Shown: piece by piece, positions 1-8,376 of the stretch
How positions within the stretch are numbered: position 1 is the stretch's first letter
How the letters are laid out: each line of letters begins with the position of its first letter
Source of the DNA: a virus
Reading direction: 5' to 3' (one strand)
IMG/VR virus record: IMGVR_UViG_3300047494_000058
Coordinates: 1 to 64,000 of that record
DNA: 64,000 bases
Program-made: the position numbers and the translations under genes
Notes under the pieces: generated by a model
Told to the model about the DNA's origin: nothing
Databases searched by the model: none
The model's input: only the letters and a program-made list of their open reading frames with translations

Positions 1-1
1 C

Positions 2-535
2 GCCATCGGTGGCGCGGCACCCCTACAGGGCGCGGCTCAGGCGGCGTGGCTTGCCTACGCGACGCCCACCGGCCTCGCAGTGTTGCAGGGCTCGACGCTG
101 GCGTCGGCAGTAATGCGGGCCGCGGCCATCGGCACGGGCGCGATGGCCGGGCAAACGTTGGCTGGGCTGATCGGTCAGGCGCCCATCACGGGTTTCGTAC
201 CGCTCACCGCGGTAGTCCTGGGCGGTTCGCTCGCCCAGGGCGCGATTACTGGCGCCGTAGCGCTTACCGGCATCGCAGGCGACGTCTTCAGCACTTCGGT
301 GTCGGCGGGCAGCCTAGGTGGCGCCGGCAGCCTGGTCGGCGTGAGCCTGGCGGGCTGGTTCAGCTATGCCGGTACCGGGCGCATCATGCCTATGTACGGG
401 GCCGCGCTCGGGTTCTCGTATTCCTACGCCGATGGCGGCGCAACGCGGGTCGTGTACTCGTACACGCAGCGTCGTTTTGGCCATGGTTGGGTGGGTTTCC
501 GCGGTGCCGGCGGCGGCGGACAATGGACTTTTTAA
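2..535 (+). CDS. Gly/Ala-rich repeat fibre-associated protein, C-terminal part (5' end outside window)
   Basis: Frame is open from base 2. It has ~20-aa L-x-G-x-A...G-x-L repeats like those in 5282..8155 and 8377..11643. Confidence 0.6.
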   Translation, partial: AIGGAAPLQGAAQAAWLAYATPTGLAVLQGSTLASAVMRAAAIGTGAMAGQTLAGLIGQAPITGFVPLTAVVLGGSLAQGAITGAVALTGIAGDVFSTSVSAGSLGGAGSLVGVSLAGWFSYAGTGRIMPMYGAALGFSYSYADGGATRVVYSYTQRRFGHGWVGFRGAGGGGQWTF

Positions 536-551
536 CTCTTGAGGACTTATC

Positions 552-1325
552 ATGACGGCATCGCTTCAACTAGACGGACGCACGGATACGACCTTCCCGA
601 CCGGCGGCCAGGCGTCACTGTTTCTCAACCTCATGCTCGCGGGCTTGTTCGCCGAGTCGTACACCGACAACGTGACGGCGCACGCGGGCGGCGGGCAAGC
701 TGCTGCCACCGCGTTGACCACCGAGTTGAGCCGCATCACCACGGTCGCCACGAGCGGCGATTCGGTCAAGCTTCCGCCCTCCTTCGCGGGCGGCACGGTG
801 ATCGTCGTCAACCACACCACCAACACGTTGCAGGTATTCGGTGCGGGCACCGACATGGTGGACGACGTCGCCACCGCGACCGGTGTGTCGCAAATGCCCA
901 ACTCCACGTGCATCTACACGTGTTTCACGGCAGGCAACTGGTACACCGAGGGCCTCGCTTCCGGGTTCGTGCGCGGCCTGTCGTTGCAAACGATGTCCTC
1001 GGCGGTATTCGCGGCGAACGCGACCAACACCCAGGCGGCCGGAACGCCGATCACGGCGATGAGCAATCAAATCTCCGCTGCTGCCGCGAGTTACGCCTCG
1101 ACCTTGCCGCCCTCCTCGCCCGGTATGGAGATCACCGTCCATAATGTCTCGGCTTTCGCCACCAATGTCTATCCGAACGCGCTCAACAACCTGGGCGCGG
1201 CCGGGTCGGAGACCATTAACGCGCTGTCAGCTAATGCGCCGCTGTCGTTCCCGGCGAACACCTCGACGACGTTTTACTGCAACATCGCCGGGCAGTGGTA
1301 CACTGCGCCGCGCGTCCCGTCCTAA
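552..1325 (+). CDS. Putative virion decoration or fibre protein with two tandem ~120-aa beta-rich repeats
   Basis: GAGG RBS upstream. Internal duplication: GGQAAATALT..SVKLPPS..VVN..YTCFTAGNWYT versus NTQAAGTPIT..STLPPS..VHN..FYCNIAGQWYT. Confidence 0.7.
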   Translation: MTASLQLDGRTDTTFPTGGQASLFLNLMLAGLFAESYTDNVTAHAGGGQAAATALTTELSRITTVATSGDSVKLPPSFAGGTVIVVNHTTNTLQVFGAGTDMVDDVATATGVSQMPNSTCIYTCFTAGNWYTEGLASGFVRGLSLQTMSSAVFAANATNTQAAGTPITAMSNQISAAAASYASTLPPSSPGMEITVHNVSAFATNVYPNALNNLGAAGSETINALSANAPLSFPANTSTTFYCNIAGQWYTAPRVPS

Positions 1326-1338
1326 CAGGTACGACCTT

Positions 1339-4308
1339 ATGAAACTGTTCACCCGGCTGCTGTTGCTGTTTATGCTGGCAGGGCTCGCCCCTGCCTTCGC
1401 CCAGCAGCAGGTCGTCAACGTAGGCACTGGGGTTAACACGGGCGATGGCGACATCGCGCGGGTGGCCTTCCAGAAGCTGAACGCGAACGACGCCAACCTG
1501 TTCGCGTTTCTGTGGGCGCCGATCTTCGGCGACGTGACCACAGTATCCGGGTCGAACAACGTTACCATCGTGCCCAATGCGGTGACCCTGGCCAAGATGG
1601 CGCAGATGCCGTCGATGTCATTCATTTGCAACGGCCTGTCCCTGCAGGCCACCGGGCAGTATTGCACCGCGGCCCAGGCCGCGGCGATCCTGCAGCCCTT
1701 CATCACGGGCGGTGGCGGGACGACCGGCGGCCTGTCCAGCTTTTCGTTCGTCACCCCGTCCTGGATGACAATCTCGCCGGCAGTGGTGAACACCGCCGGC
1801 CAGGCGATCACGATCTCGACCCCGACGCTCGGCGCCGACCAGTTCCTGGCCTCACCCTGCGGCGCCAATGGCGTACTGAGCCCGCGGACGCTGTGTGCGG
1901 CGGACCTGCCGCCCTACTCGGGCGACATTGTCACCACCAACGGGGTCGCCAAGATCCAACCCGGCGTCGTGACCATCGCCGAAATGGTGAACGCGCCCGC
2001 GCAAGCGACTATTTGCAATCCGGCCAACGTGCTCGGTGTGTTGCAGTATTGCACCCCGCAGCAGATGCAGATCCTGATTGGGGCGACCGGCGGCGGCTCG
2101 TCGTCCGCATCGAACCTCACCGGCATTTACGATGAGTGCACCTCGTCAGGAATCGACAAGACCGGTGTCAACGACTCCACGGTGGCGCTCAACCGTGACA
2201 TCCAGGCGTACGCCGGCACCTCCATAGCGATCTTCATCAATTGCCCGATAAAGCACACGGTGGGAATCAACCCGGCCGCGCCAATTTTCGTGCACTCGAA
2301 CACGAACTTCATCTTCGGGCCTGCCGGTGTAATCTCCACCGACAACAACCTCATCCCCTCCTTCGTCTTCCTTAATACCGCCCACGTCCATTTCTACAAC
2401 GCGAACTTCCTGTACACGGGTGGCCTGGCCCTCAACAACAGCGTAGCACCGTACCTGGGCGTGAACGGTGCCTTCAACGACACGCAAGAAAAGGCGGAGT
2501 TGGTTAGCCAGGGCTATAGCTTCACTAATGGGGGGTCGAATCTATACAACGGGCCGACTAATGGCGCTGCCCTCATCCGCATTCAGGGAGCCTCGCACGA
2601 TATTTCATTTTTCAATAGCCGTTTCTACGTTCCCGACACGGCTAACGCGACCCAATTCATCGGCGTCGTTGTCGGTCTCGATCCGGAGTGGAAGTGCTGC
2701 GCCGTCAACACCAACGGAGGCGCTGCCTCGACCTGGACCTCGGCGAACACGAATGCACCGTACGACGTCAACTTTGTCGACTCGACCTTCGACGGATTTT
2801 TGATGGGCTTCACCGGGACCGGTGCGAGCGTCAACATCATCAACCAGAAGTTCCTGCGCTACTCGGATCTGCAGGATGCCTCCTACCTCACCAACGGGAC
2901 CGGCGGCTGTCAGGGCGGCGGCTGCAACACGGGCGCCGGCCTGTACTGGCTGGCGCCTCCGCACGCGGCATACCTGCAGGCCGGCGACGCCTCGCTCAAG
3001 GCGAACCGGCAGATTCACGGATACCGCGACTATGGCCCTTATGTGGGCGGCTCGGTGCGCCGGACCGCGTCGGGCTCGGGCACCATCCTGTCGCTCAAGC
3101 TGGACTACGTCCAGGGTACCGACGTCACCGACGTCGAGATCTACCGCCCTGACGGCTGCTTCGACGTCATCAACAACTTCCCTGGCCCGAATCAGCGCAA
3201 CGGCGGCATCAAGGACGCGGTCTGCTACTACGACTCCTCGACCAAGACCACCGATAACTCGAACGTCTGGGCGATGCGCTTTCCGTCCAACGGCCAGTAT
3301 ACCTTCCTGGCGTTCGACAACATCACAATCTATGACACGGCGGCCACGCCGACGTCCTTCCCAATCATCGGCAACGGGTTTTCGACGAACTCGGACATCA
3401 GCTTCCGCAACCTGCGGGTGTACCAGAACGACTGGTTCAACTGGAACCCGGGCTTCCGTATGGGCGGCACGAACATCAACGTGCAGGCCGAGTACCACTA
3501 CGCCCAGACCTCGGGCAACGGCGCGTACTTCAGCCCCGTCTTCGAGCAGGGCACCGACGGCTGTGATTCGTGCAACTTTGACATCACGCTGTTCGGCTGG
3601 CGGCAGGTGCCGGTGACGTTCACCACCTCGCCTGCGGCCGGCGCCACCTCGGTGGTGCTGTCGTCCTCCTGGCAGCTGGCGTCAGGCACGGCGACGCTGT
3701 TCCTGTCCGACGGCGAGACCCGTACGGTGGCCGTGACCAACGGGTCAACTGCGGTCGGCAGCTTCGCCGCCCTGTCGGGCGCCGTGTCGAACTCAGCGAC
3801 CGCGGGCAACCTACTGGCTGACAACTTCAGCGGCTACAAGCCCGGCATCCTCCTCACCCAGGGCTCGGCGTTTACCGCGTCGCCCTCGACCAGCCCGTCG
3901 CAGAACTCCCGCGCTCACATCTTGGATGTGAGCAATGGTTACGAGGCCACCGACGATAACGGCACCCTGGCCGAAACCTGGTCTCAGCTGTGGGTAGGTA
4001 ACGTGTCCGGCGCCTCGACCACGACCTCGATCTCCTGCCCCTCGACCATGTCGCTCGACCGGCGGTCGGTGCGGGTGCTGGCCGCCATCACGGGCGCCAC
4101 CTCGTTCAATGTCGGCTGGACCGGCGCACTCACTGGCCTGTACTCGGGCATCGGCATCAGCACCGGCACCAACCCGGTGACGCCGGCCAACCAGTCGACG
4201 CTGCTGCCTAACAACCCGACTACGCTAGTATTGACCCCGGTCGGCGGCAACTTCACGGGCGGCACCGTGCAGGTCGCGGCGCGCTGCGGCGACTATGTTG
4301 GCAACTGA
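1339..4308 (+). CDS. Large beta-helix (pectin-lyase-like) tailspike or depolymerase-like protein with N-terminal signal peptide
   Basis: The ORF-track start at 1144 overlaps the previous gene, so ATG 1339 is preferred (MKLFTRLLLLFMLAGLAPAFA|QQQ). It is followed by a VNVGTGVNTGDGD..RVAFQKLNAN motif and a GIDKTGVNDSTVALN beta-helix cap motif, with an Asn/Gly/Thr-rich body. Confidence 0.7.
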   Translation: MKLFTRLLLLFMLAGLAPAFAQQQVVNVGTGVNTGDGDIARVAFQKLNANDANLFAFLWAPIFGDVTTVSGSNNVTIVPNAVTLAKMAQMPSMSFICNGLSLQATGQYCTAAQAAAILQPFITGGGGTTGGLSSFSFVTPSWMTISPAVVNTAGQAITISTPTLGADQFLASPCGANGVLSPRTLCAADLPPYSGDIVTTNGVAKIQPGVVTIAEMVNAPAQATICNPANVLGVLQYCTPQQMQILIGATGGGSSSASNLTGIYDECTSSGIDKTGVNDSTVALNRDIQAYAGTSIAIFINCPIKHTVGINPAAPIFVHSNTNFIFGPAGVISTDNNLIPSFVFLNTAHVHFYNANFLYTGGLALNNSVAPYLGVNGAFNDTQEKAELVSQGYSFTNGGSNLYNGPTNGAALIRIQGASHDISFFNSRFYVPDTANATQFIGVVVGLDPEWKCCAVNTNGGAASTWTSANTNAPYDVNFVDSTFDGFLMGFTGTGASVNIINQKFLRYSDLQDASYLTNGTGGCQGGGCNTGAGLYWLAPPHAAYLQAGDASLKANRQIHGYRDYGPYVGGSVRRTASGSGTILSLKLDYVQGTDVTDVEIYRPDGCFDVINNFPGPNQRNGGIKDAVCYYDSSTKTTDNSNVWAMRFPSNGQYTFLAFDNITIYDTAATPTSFPIIGNGFSTNSDISFRNLRVYQNDWFNWNPGFRMGGTNINVQAEYHYAQTSGNGAYFSPVFEQGTDGCDSCNFDITLFGWRQVPVTFTTSPAAGATSVVLSSSWQLASGTATLFLSDGETRTVAVTNGSTAVGSFAALSGAVSNSATAGNLLADNFSGYKPGILLTQGSAFTASPSTSPSQNSRAHILDVSNGYEATDDNGTLAETWSQLWVGNVSGASTTTSISCPSTMSLDRRSVRVLAAITGATSFNVGWTGALTGLYSGIGISTGTNPVTPANQSTLLPNNPTTLVLTPVGGNFTGGTVQVAARCGDYVGN

Positions 4309-4366
4309 TCTTCCCGCGTAAAACCATCCCCCGCTTGCGCGGGCACATCTACATGGAGTCTCATCA

Positions 4367-5272
4367 ATGAATCTCTCGAACTACGAACAGAACAAGCTTG
4401 TGGACGGCCTCATCCGCGGCGGCGCGCTCAACTCGGGCGGCACGGTCAACTCAACTGCGGTAGTGACCGGCGTCTGGGCGGCCTCCACCGCGTACACTGT
4501 CGGCCAGGTCGTGGTCCCGGGCTCGGGCTTCACGGCCGGCGGTGGGAAGTTCCTGAAGTGCACCACGGCCGGCACGTCGGGCACCACCTCAACGTTGGCC
4601 GTGCCTAATCCTGGTTCGACCTTGGTCGACGGCACGGTGACCTGGACCGCAGTCTCGGGCATTCCGTCGGAACTTAACCTGTACGTCGCGCTGTTCGTCA
4701 TTAACAAGGGCCTGCGCGCCAGTTCGACCGCGTACAGCGTCGGCGACTGCGTGTCGCTCACCGCGACCGGCGGCGCAGGCGGAGACAGCCGGCAGCATCT
4801 GTACCGCTGCACCACGGCCGGCACCACCAACGCGTCGCAGCCGACCACCTATCAGGGCGTGCCGGGCGAGGCGATCACGGACGGCACGGTGATCTTCACC
4901 GAGATGTCGCCGGTCATCCAGACCGGGAGCGGCTTCCCGTCCGGTTTTACCGAGGTGTCGGGCGCGGGCTACGCCCGCGTCAACCTGGCGGCGTCGCTCA
5001 CCAACTGGTCCGGTACGCAGGCCGCGGCCAGCACCACGACCTCGACCGGCACCAACGGCACCACGTCGAATAACGGCGTCATCACCTACGGCAGCCCGAC
5101 CGCGGCCTGGGCCACCGGCCTGGCGGCCATCGGCGCGTACATCGTGTACGACCAGCTGACCGGCGGCAACCCGCTGTTCTTCGCCCCGCTCACCGTGCCC
5201 AAGACAGTGAACAATGGCGACGCCGCGCCGTCGTTCGCCGCTGCCGCGTTGTCGCTGCAGATCGACAACTAA
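4367..5272 (+). CDS. Fibre subunit (Gp80-like family) with two inserted W/R-A-S-T-A-Y-x-V-G carbohydrate-binding-like modules
   Basis: GGAG RBS. Core motifs LSNYEQNKLVD, LYVALF, EVSGAGYARV, YDQLTGGNPLF and KTVNNGD..F.AAAL. Confidence 0.65.
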   Translation: MNLSNYEQNKLVDGLIRGGALNSGGTVNSTAVVTGVWAASTAYTVGQVVVPGSGFTAGGGKFLKCTTAGTSGTTSTLAVPNPGSTLVDGTVTWTAVSGIPSELNLYVALFVINKGLRASSTAYSVGDCVSLTATGGAGGDSRQHLYRCTTAGTTNASQPTTYQGVPGEAITDGTVIFTEMSPVIQTGSGFPSGFTEVSGAGYARVNLAASLTNWSGTQAAASTTTSTGTNGTTSNNGVITYGSPTAAWATGLAAIGAYIVYDQLTGGNPLFFAPLTVPKTVNNGDAAPSFAAAALSLQIDN

Positions 5273-5281
5273 GATTGTCCC

Positions 5282-8155
5282 TTGACCAACCGTCCAAGCC
5301 AGGGAGCGGTATCCGTATATGCCGCGAGCGCGGACGGTAACTATTACCTGAGCTACCCGCAGGGGAATGCTAACACCCAGGGCGCGGCGCTGGCCGGCCC
5401 TGCTGCAGTCGCGGCAACGGCCGGCGGGCAGCTGGCGACCGGCGCCGGCTTCAACGGCGCCGTGGCAACTGCGGTGGCTATCGCACTCGGTATCCTCGCC
5501 AACAGCGCGCCGGGCAGGCCCACCAATGTGGTGGCGACCCCCGGCAACGCCCAGGCGTCGGTGGCCTTTACGGCGCCCGTGCAGAACGGCGGGCGCCCGA
5601 TTACATCGTATAAGGTCACGGCCAGCACGGGCCAGACCGCAACCGGCCCCACGACCCCGATCAATGTCCTGGGCCTGGCCAACGGTACGCTGGTAACGTT
5701 CACGGTTCAGGCGATCAATTCGGTGGGCACGGGCAACGCTTCGGCGGCCTCAAATGCGGTGACTCCGGTGGCCGGCACCGCGGGTTACGACGGTACCTGG
5801 AAACGCGGCTCGGGCGCGAACTCGTCGCAGTTCGTGAACTCGTCGGGCTCCGTGATCCAGATGCGCGGCTTCAACGTCGCGGGTCTTGAATCCTCGGCCG
5901 CGCAACAAACGACTGATTGGTATGGCACCCCGCCCAATTGGACTTACGCGGGAACGCTCAAGGCGAATTGCGTCCGCATTCCGTTGAATGCCGCCTCGTG
6001 GCTCGGTCTCACGTGCAACGTATTAAACGGCTCGGGCAACGGCTGGAGCGCGACCAACCAGCTGGCCGACTACTCGGGCACCTACCGGGCTACGGTCATC
6101 GCGGCAGTGCGGGCGGCCCAGGCGCAGGGGCTGTATGTCATCATCGACCTGCACTGGTCGGCGCCCAAGTTCACGTTCGGCGGCGTAACCGCTTACTGCA
6201 TGCCGCTGTGGCAGCCCGCGTTCATGAACTCGGACACCGACGGGCTGTTTTGGACGTCCATCGCCCAGATGTTCGGCACGCAGGCGACGCCGCAGTCGGG
6301 CATCAATAACGCGGGCGTCGCGTTCGAGTTGGTTAACGAGCCCACGCTCGACATCTTCAACGGTTCCAACGCCACCGCAACCTGGAACCTGATGCGCAAC
6401 GGCGGCGCGGCGTCGTCGTTCGCCACCAACTACGCCACTACCGCGGTGTCCCAGGGCTGGACGGTCTACGGCTACCAGCAGGCGCTCAACGCGATTCGGG
6501 CGACCGGCGCCACCAACGTCATCCTGATCGGTGGCTGCGGTTACTCGCACGCGCTGTCGGGTTACGCCACCTATATGCCGGCGGACACGCTGACGCCGTC
6601 ACAGGTAGCGCTTACCATGCACCCGTACCCGTCGGGCACCTACCCGTACTCGGACGGCGACGTATACGGCCTGTGTTACCCAGACAACAACAACGGCACG
6701 GCGCAGTGGGCCACCTACATGCTGGCCGCGATAGCCGCCGGCATCCCGGTGATCTGGACCGAGACCGGCGGCAGCTATGGGCCGCAGTGTACGGCCGGCG
6801 AACCGCATGTGACCTACATGACCAAGTTCGCCGACGCGAACAACGTCGCGGGGGCGATCGCGTGGACCTACTGGGATGGTAATCCGGGGCGACCGACATC
6901 GGGCGCGAACGGTCTTAACTACATCACGACCACGAGCAACGCACCGACGACCGGCCAGGGCGCGGTGTTCTGCTCGTGGATGGCGAACCACGGCGGCGCG
7001 GTCAACACGGTGCCCGGGCCGCCGACCAACGTTACCCTGGTGGCCGGCAACGGCCAGGTTACCTGCTCGTTCACGGCGCCCACCAACACGGGCGGCGCGG
7101 CGATCACGCAGTTTACGGTAACCCTGTCCAACGGCCTGAACGCCAGCGGCACGTCAAGCCCAATCGGCGTGACCTCGCCCAACGGCACGGCGGTTACAGC
7201 CACGGTCACCGCCACCAACTCGGTGGGCATCGGCTCGTCGTCGGCGGTGTCCAACAGCGTGACCCCGACAGCGGGCGGTACAGGCGCGACGGTGAACCCG
7301 CCGGTCAACCTTACCCTGAAATACATCGGCGTCACGAGCTTCGGCCAGTCGGGATCACCCAATGCGCCACCCGCGCCGAACTCATCGACCATCACCTGGT
7401 CGCCCGGCGCGAACGGCACCAACGGCGCCCCAACAGCGTACAACATCCAACGCAGCACCAACGGCGGCGCCTATACGCGGATCGCGAGCGCGGTCGCCTC
7501 GACGACCTATGTGGACAACGCAGCGTCGCAGTGCGCATCGTCGACAGCGGGCTCGGGGCCGCAGTATTACGTGTGCAACACGTACCTGTACCAGGTGCAG
7601 GCGATCGACTCCGCCGGCAACGTGTCGGCCTGGTCGAACACGCAGAACTTCTGGATCTACAAGAACGGGTACAACTGGGGTGGGGACTTCGACAACGTCG
7701 CCACCTCGAACTACGCCGACACGAGCGGCAACCCGGTGGGCGGCGGCACCGACATCAAGGTGCAGTTGCAAGGCCAATACGGCGAGACGTTGATGTACGC
7801 GGGCGGGTCCACGACTCTGTATCAGCAGTGGGTCGGTGCATTTACCTACCTTGAGTTTGACATGAAGATCACGCAGGCCAACCCTGCGTTTCAGGTCTAC
7901 TGCCTGCGATCCGGCGACGTCAACATCTACGGCTCGAATGGTCAACCGTACAACCGGCAGTTGTCGAGCTATGCGACGCTCACGGTCGGTAATTGGGTGC
8001 ATGTAAAGATCCCGCTGGCCGACATCATCACGGATTATGGTCCGGGCGGCGGCTCGTCCTCGGTGCGGCAGAACGCCTTCTACAAGTACGCGGTCCAGGA
8101 CCAGTCAGGATCGTCCAACAACGTCTGGTATTACAACAATATCCAGTTCACCTGA
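5282..8155 (+). CDS. Multidomain FN3-GH5 glycoside hydrolase-FN3-FN3-CBM-like protein
   Basis: GH5 motifs VRIPLN, IIDLHWS, FELVNEP (6335-6343), MHPY and IWTETG (Glu at 6761). FN3 repeats PGRPTNVVATPGN..FTAP..GG.PITSY. The TTG start is uncertain. Confidence 0.8.
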   Translation: MTNRPSQGAVSVYAASADGNYYLSYPQGNANTQGAALAGPAAVAATAGGQLATGAGFNGAVATAVAIALGILANSAPGRPTNVVATPGNAQASVAFTAPVQNGGRPITSYKVTASTGQTATGPTTPINVLGLANGTLVTFTVQAINSVGTGNASAASNAVTPVAGTAGYDGTWKRGSGANSSQFVNSSGSVIQMRGFNVAGLESSAAQQTTDWYGTPPNWTYAGTLKANCVRIPLNAASWLGLTCNVLNGSGNGWSATNQLADYSGTYRATVIAAVRAAQAQGLYVIIDLHWSAPKFTFGGVTAYCMPLWQPAFMNSDTDGLFWTSIAQMFGTQATPQSGINNAGVAFELVNEPTLDIFNGSNATATWNLMRNGGAASSFATNYATTAVSQGWTVYGYQQALNAIRATGATNVILIGGCGYSHALSGYATYMPADTLTPSQVALTMHPYPSGTYPYSDGDVYGLCYPDNNNGTAQWATYMLAAIAAGIPVIWTETGGSYGPQCTAGEPHVTYMTKFADANNVAGAIAWTYWDGNPGRPTSGANGLNYITTTSNAPTTGQGAVFCSWMANHGGAVNTVPGPPTNVTLVAGNGQVTCSFTAPTNTGGAAITQFTVTLSNGLNASGTSSPIGVTSPNGTAVTATVTATNSVGIGSSSAVSNSVTPTAGGTGATVNPPVNLTLKYIGVTSFGQSGSPNAPPAPNSSTITWSPGANGTNGAPTAYNIQRSTNGGAYTRIASAVASTTYVDNAASQCASSTAGSGPQYYVCNTYLYQVQAIDSAGNVSAWSNTQNFWIYKNGYNWGGDFDNVATSNYADTSGNPVGGGTDIKVQLQGQYGETLMYAGGSTTLYQQWVGAFTYLEFDMKITQANPAFQVYCLRSGDVNIYGSNGQPYNRQLSSYATLTVGNWVHVKIPLADIITDYGPGGGSSSVRQNAFYKYAVQDQSGSSNNVWYYNNIQFT

Positions 8156-8164
8156 GGCTAGGGC

Positions 8165-8356
8165 ATGGCAGCACTGACTACCGGCACGACGATGACGACC
8201 TTCAACGTGCCGGTAACGGTCACGCTGCCGGCCCAGGTCCTCACTCAGTTCCAGGTGTCGATCCCGGCGCAAACGTTCGAGACCGTGGTCGAGGTAAACC
8301 TGGCGGACCTTGCCGCGGCCCTGGCCAAGTATATGATGACAGCTGCTCCGGAGTGA
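8165..8356 (+). CDS. Small hypothetical structural protein
   Basis: Fills the gap between two large genes, with typical GC3 codon use. Confidence 0.55.
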   Translation: MAALTTGTTMTTFNVPVTVTLPAQVLTQFQVSIPAQTFETVVEVNLADLAAALAKYMMTAAPE

Positions 8357-8376
8357 TGGACAGCCGGAGATAATCG

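Noticed and set aside
1144-1338. N-terminal extension of the 1054-aa ORF
   Set aside because: It overlaps the 552-1325 gene with low-quality sequence. ATG 1339 gives a clean signal peptide.
2468-2803. Possible second overprinted gene at an AT-richer patch of the tailspike gene
   Set aside because: No convincing RBS, the peptide is not protein-like, and the ORF does not match the patch boundaries.
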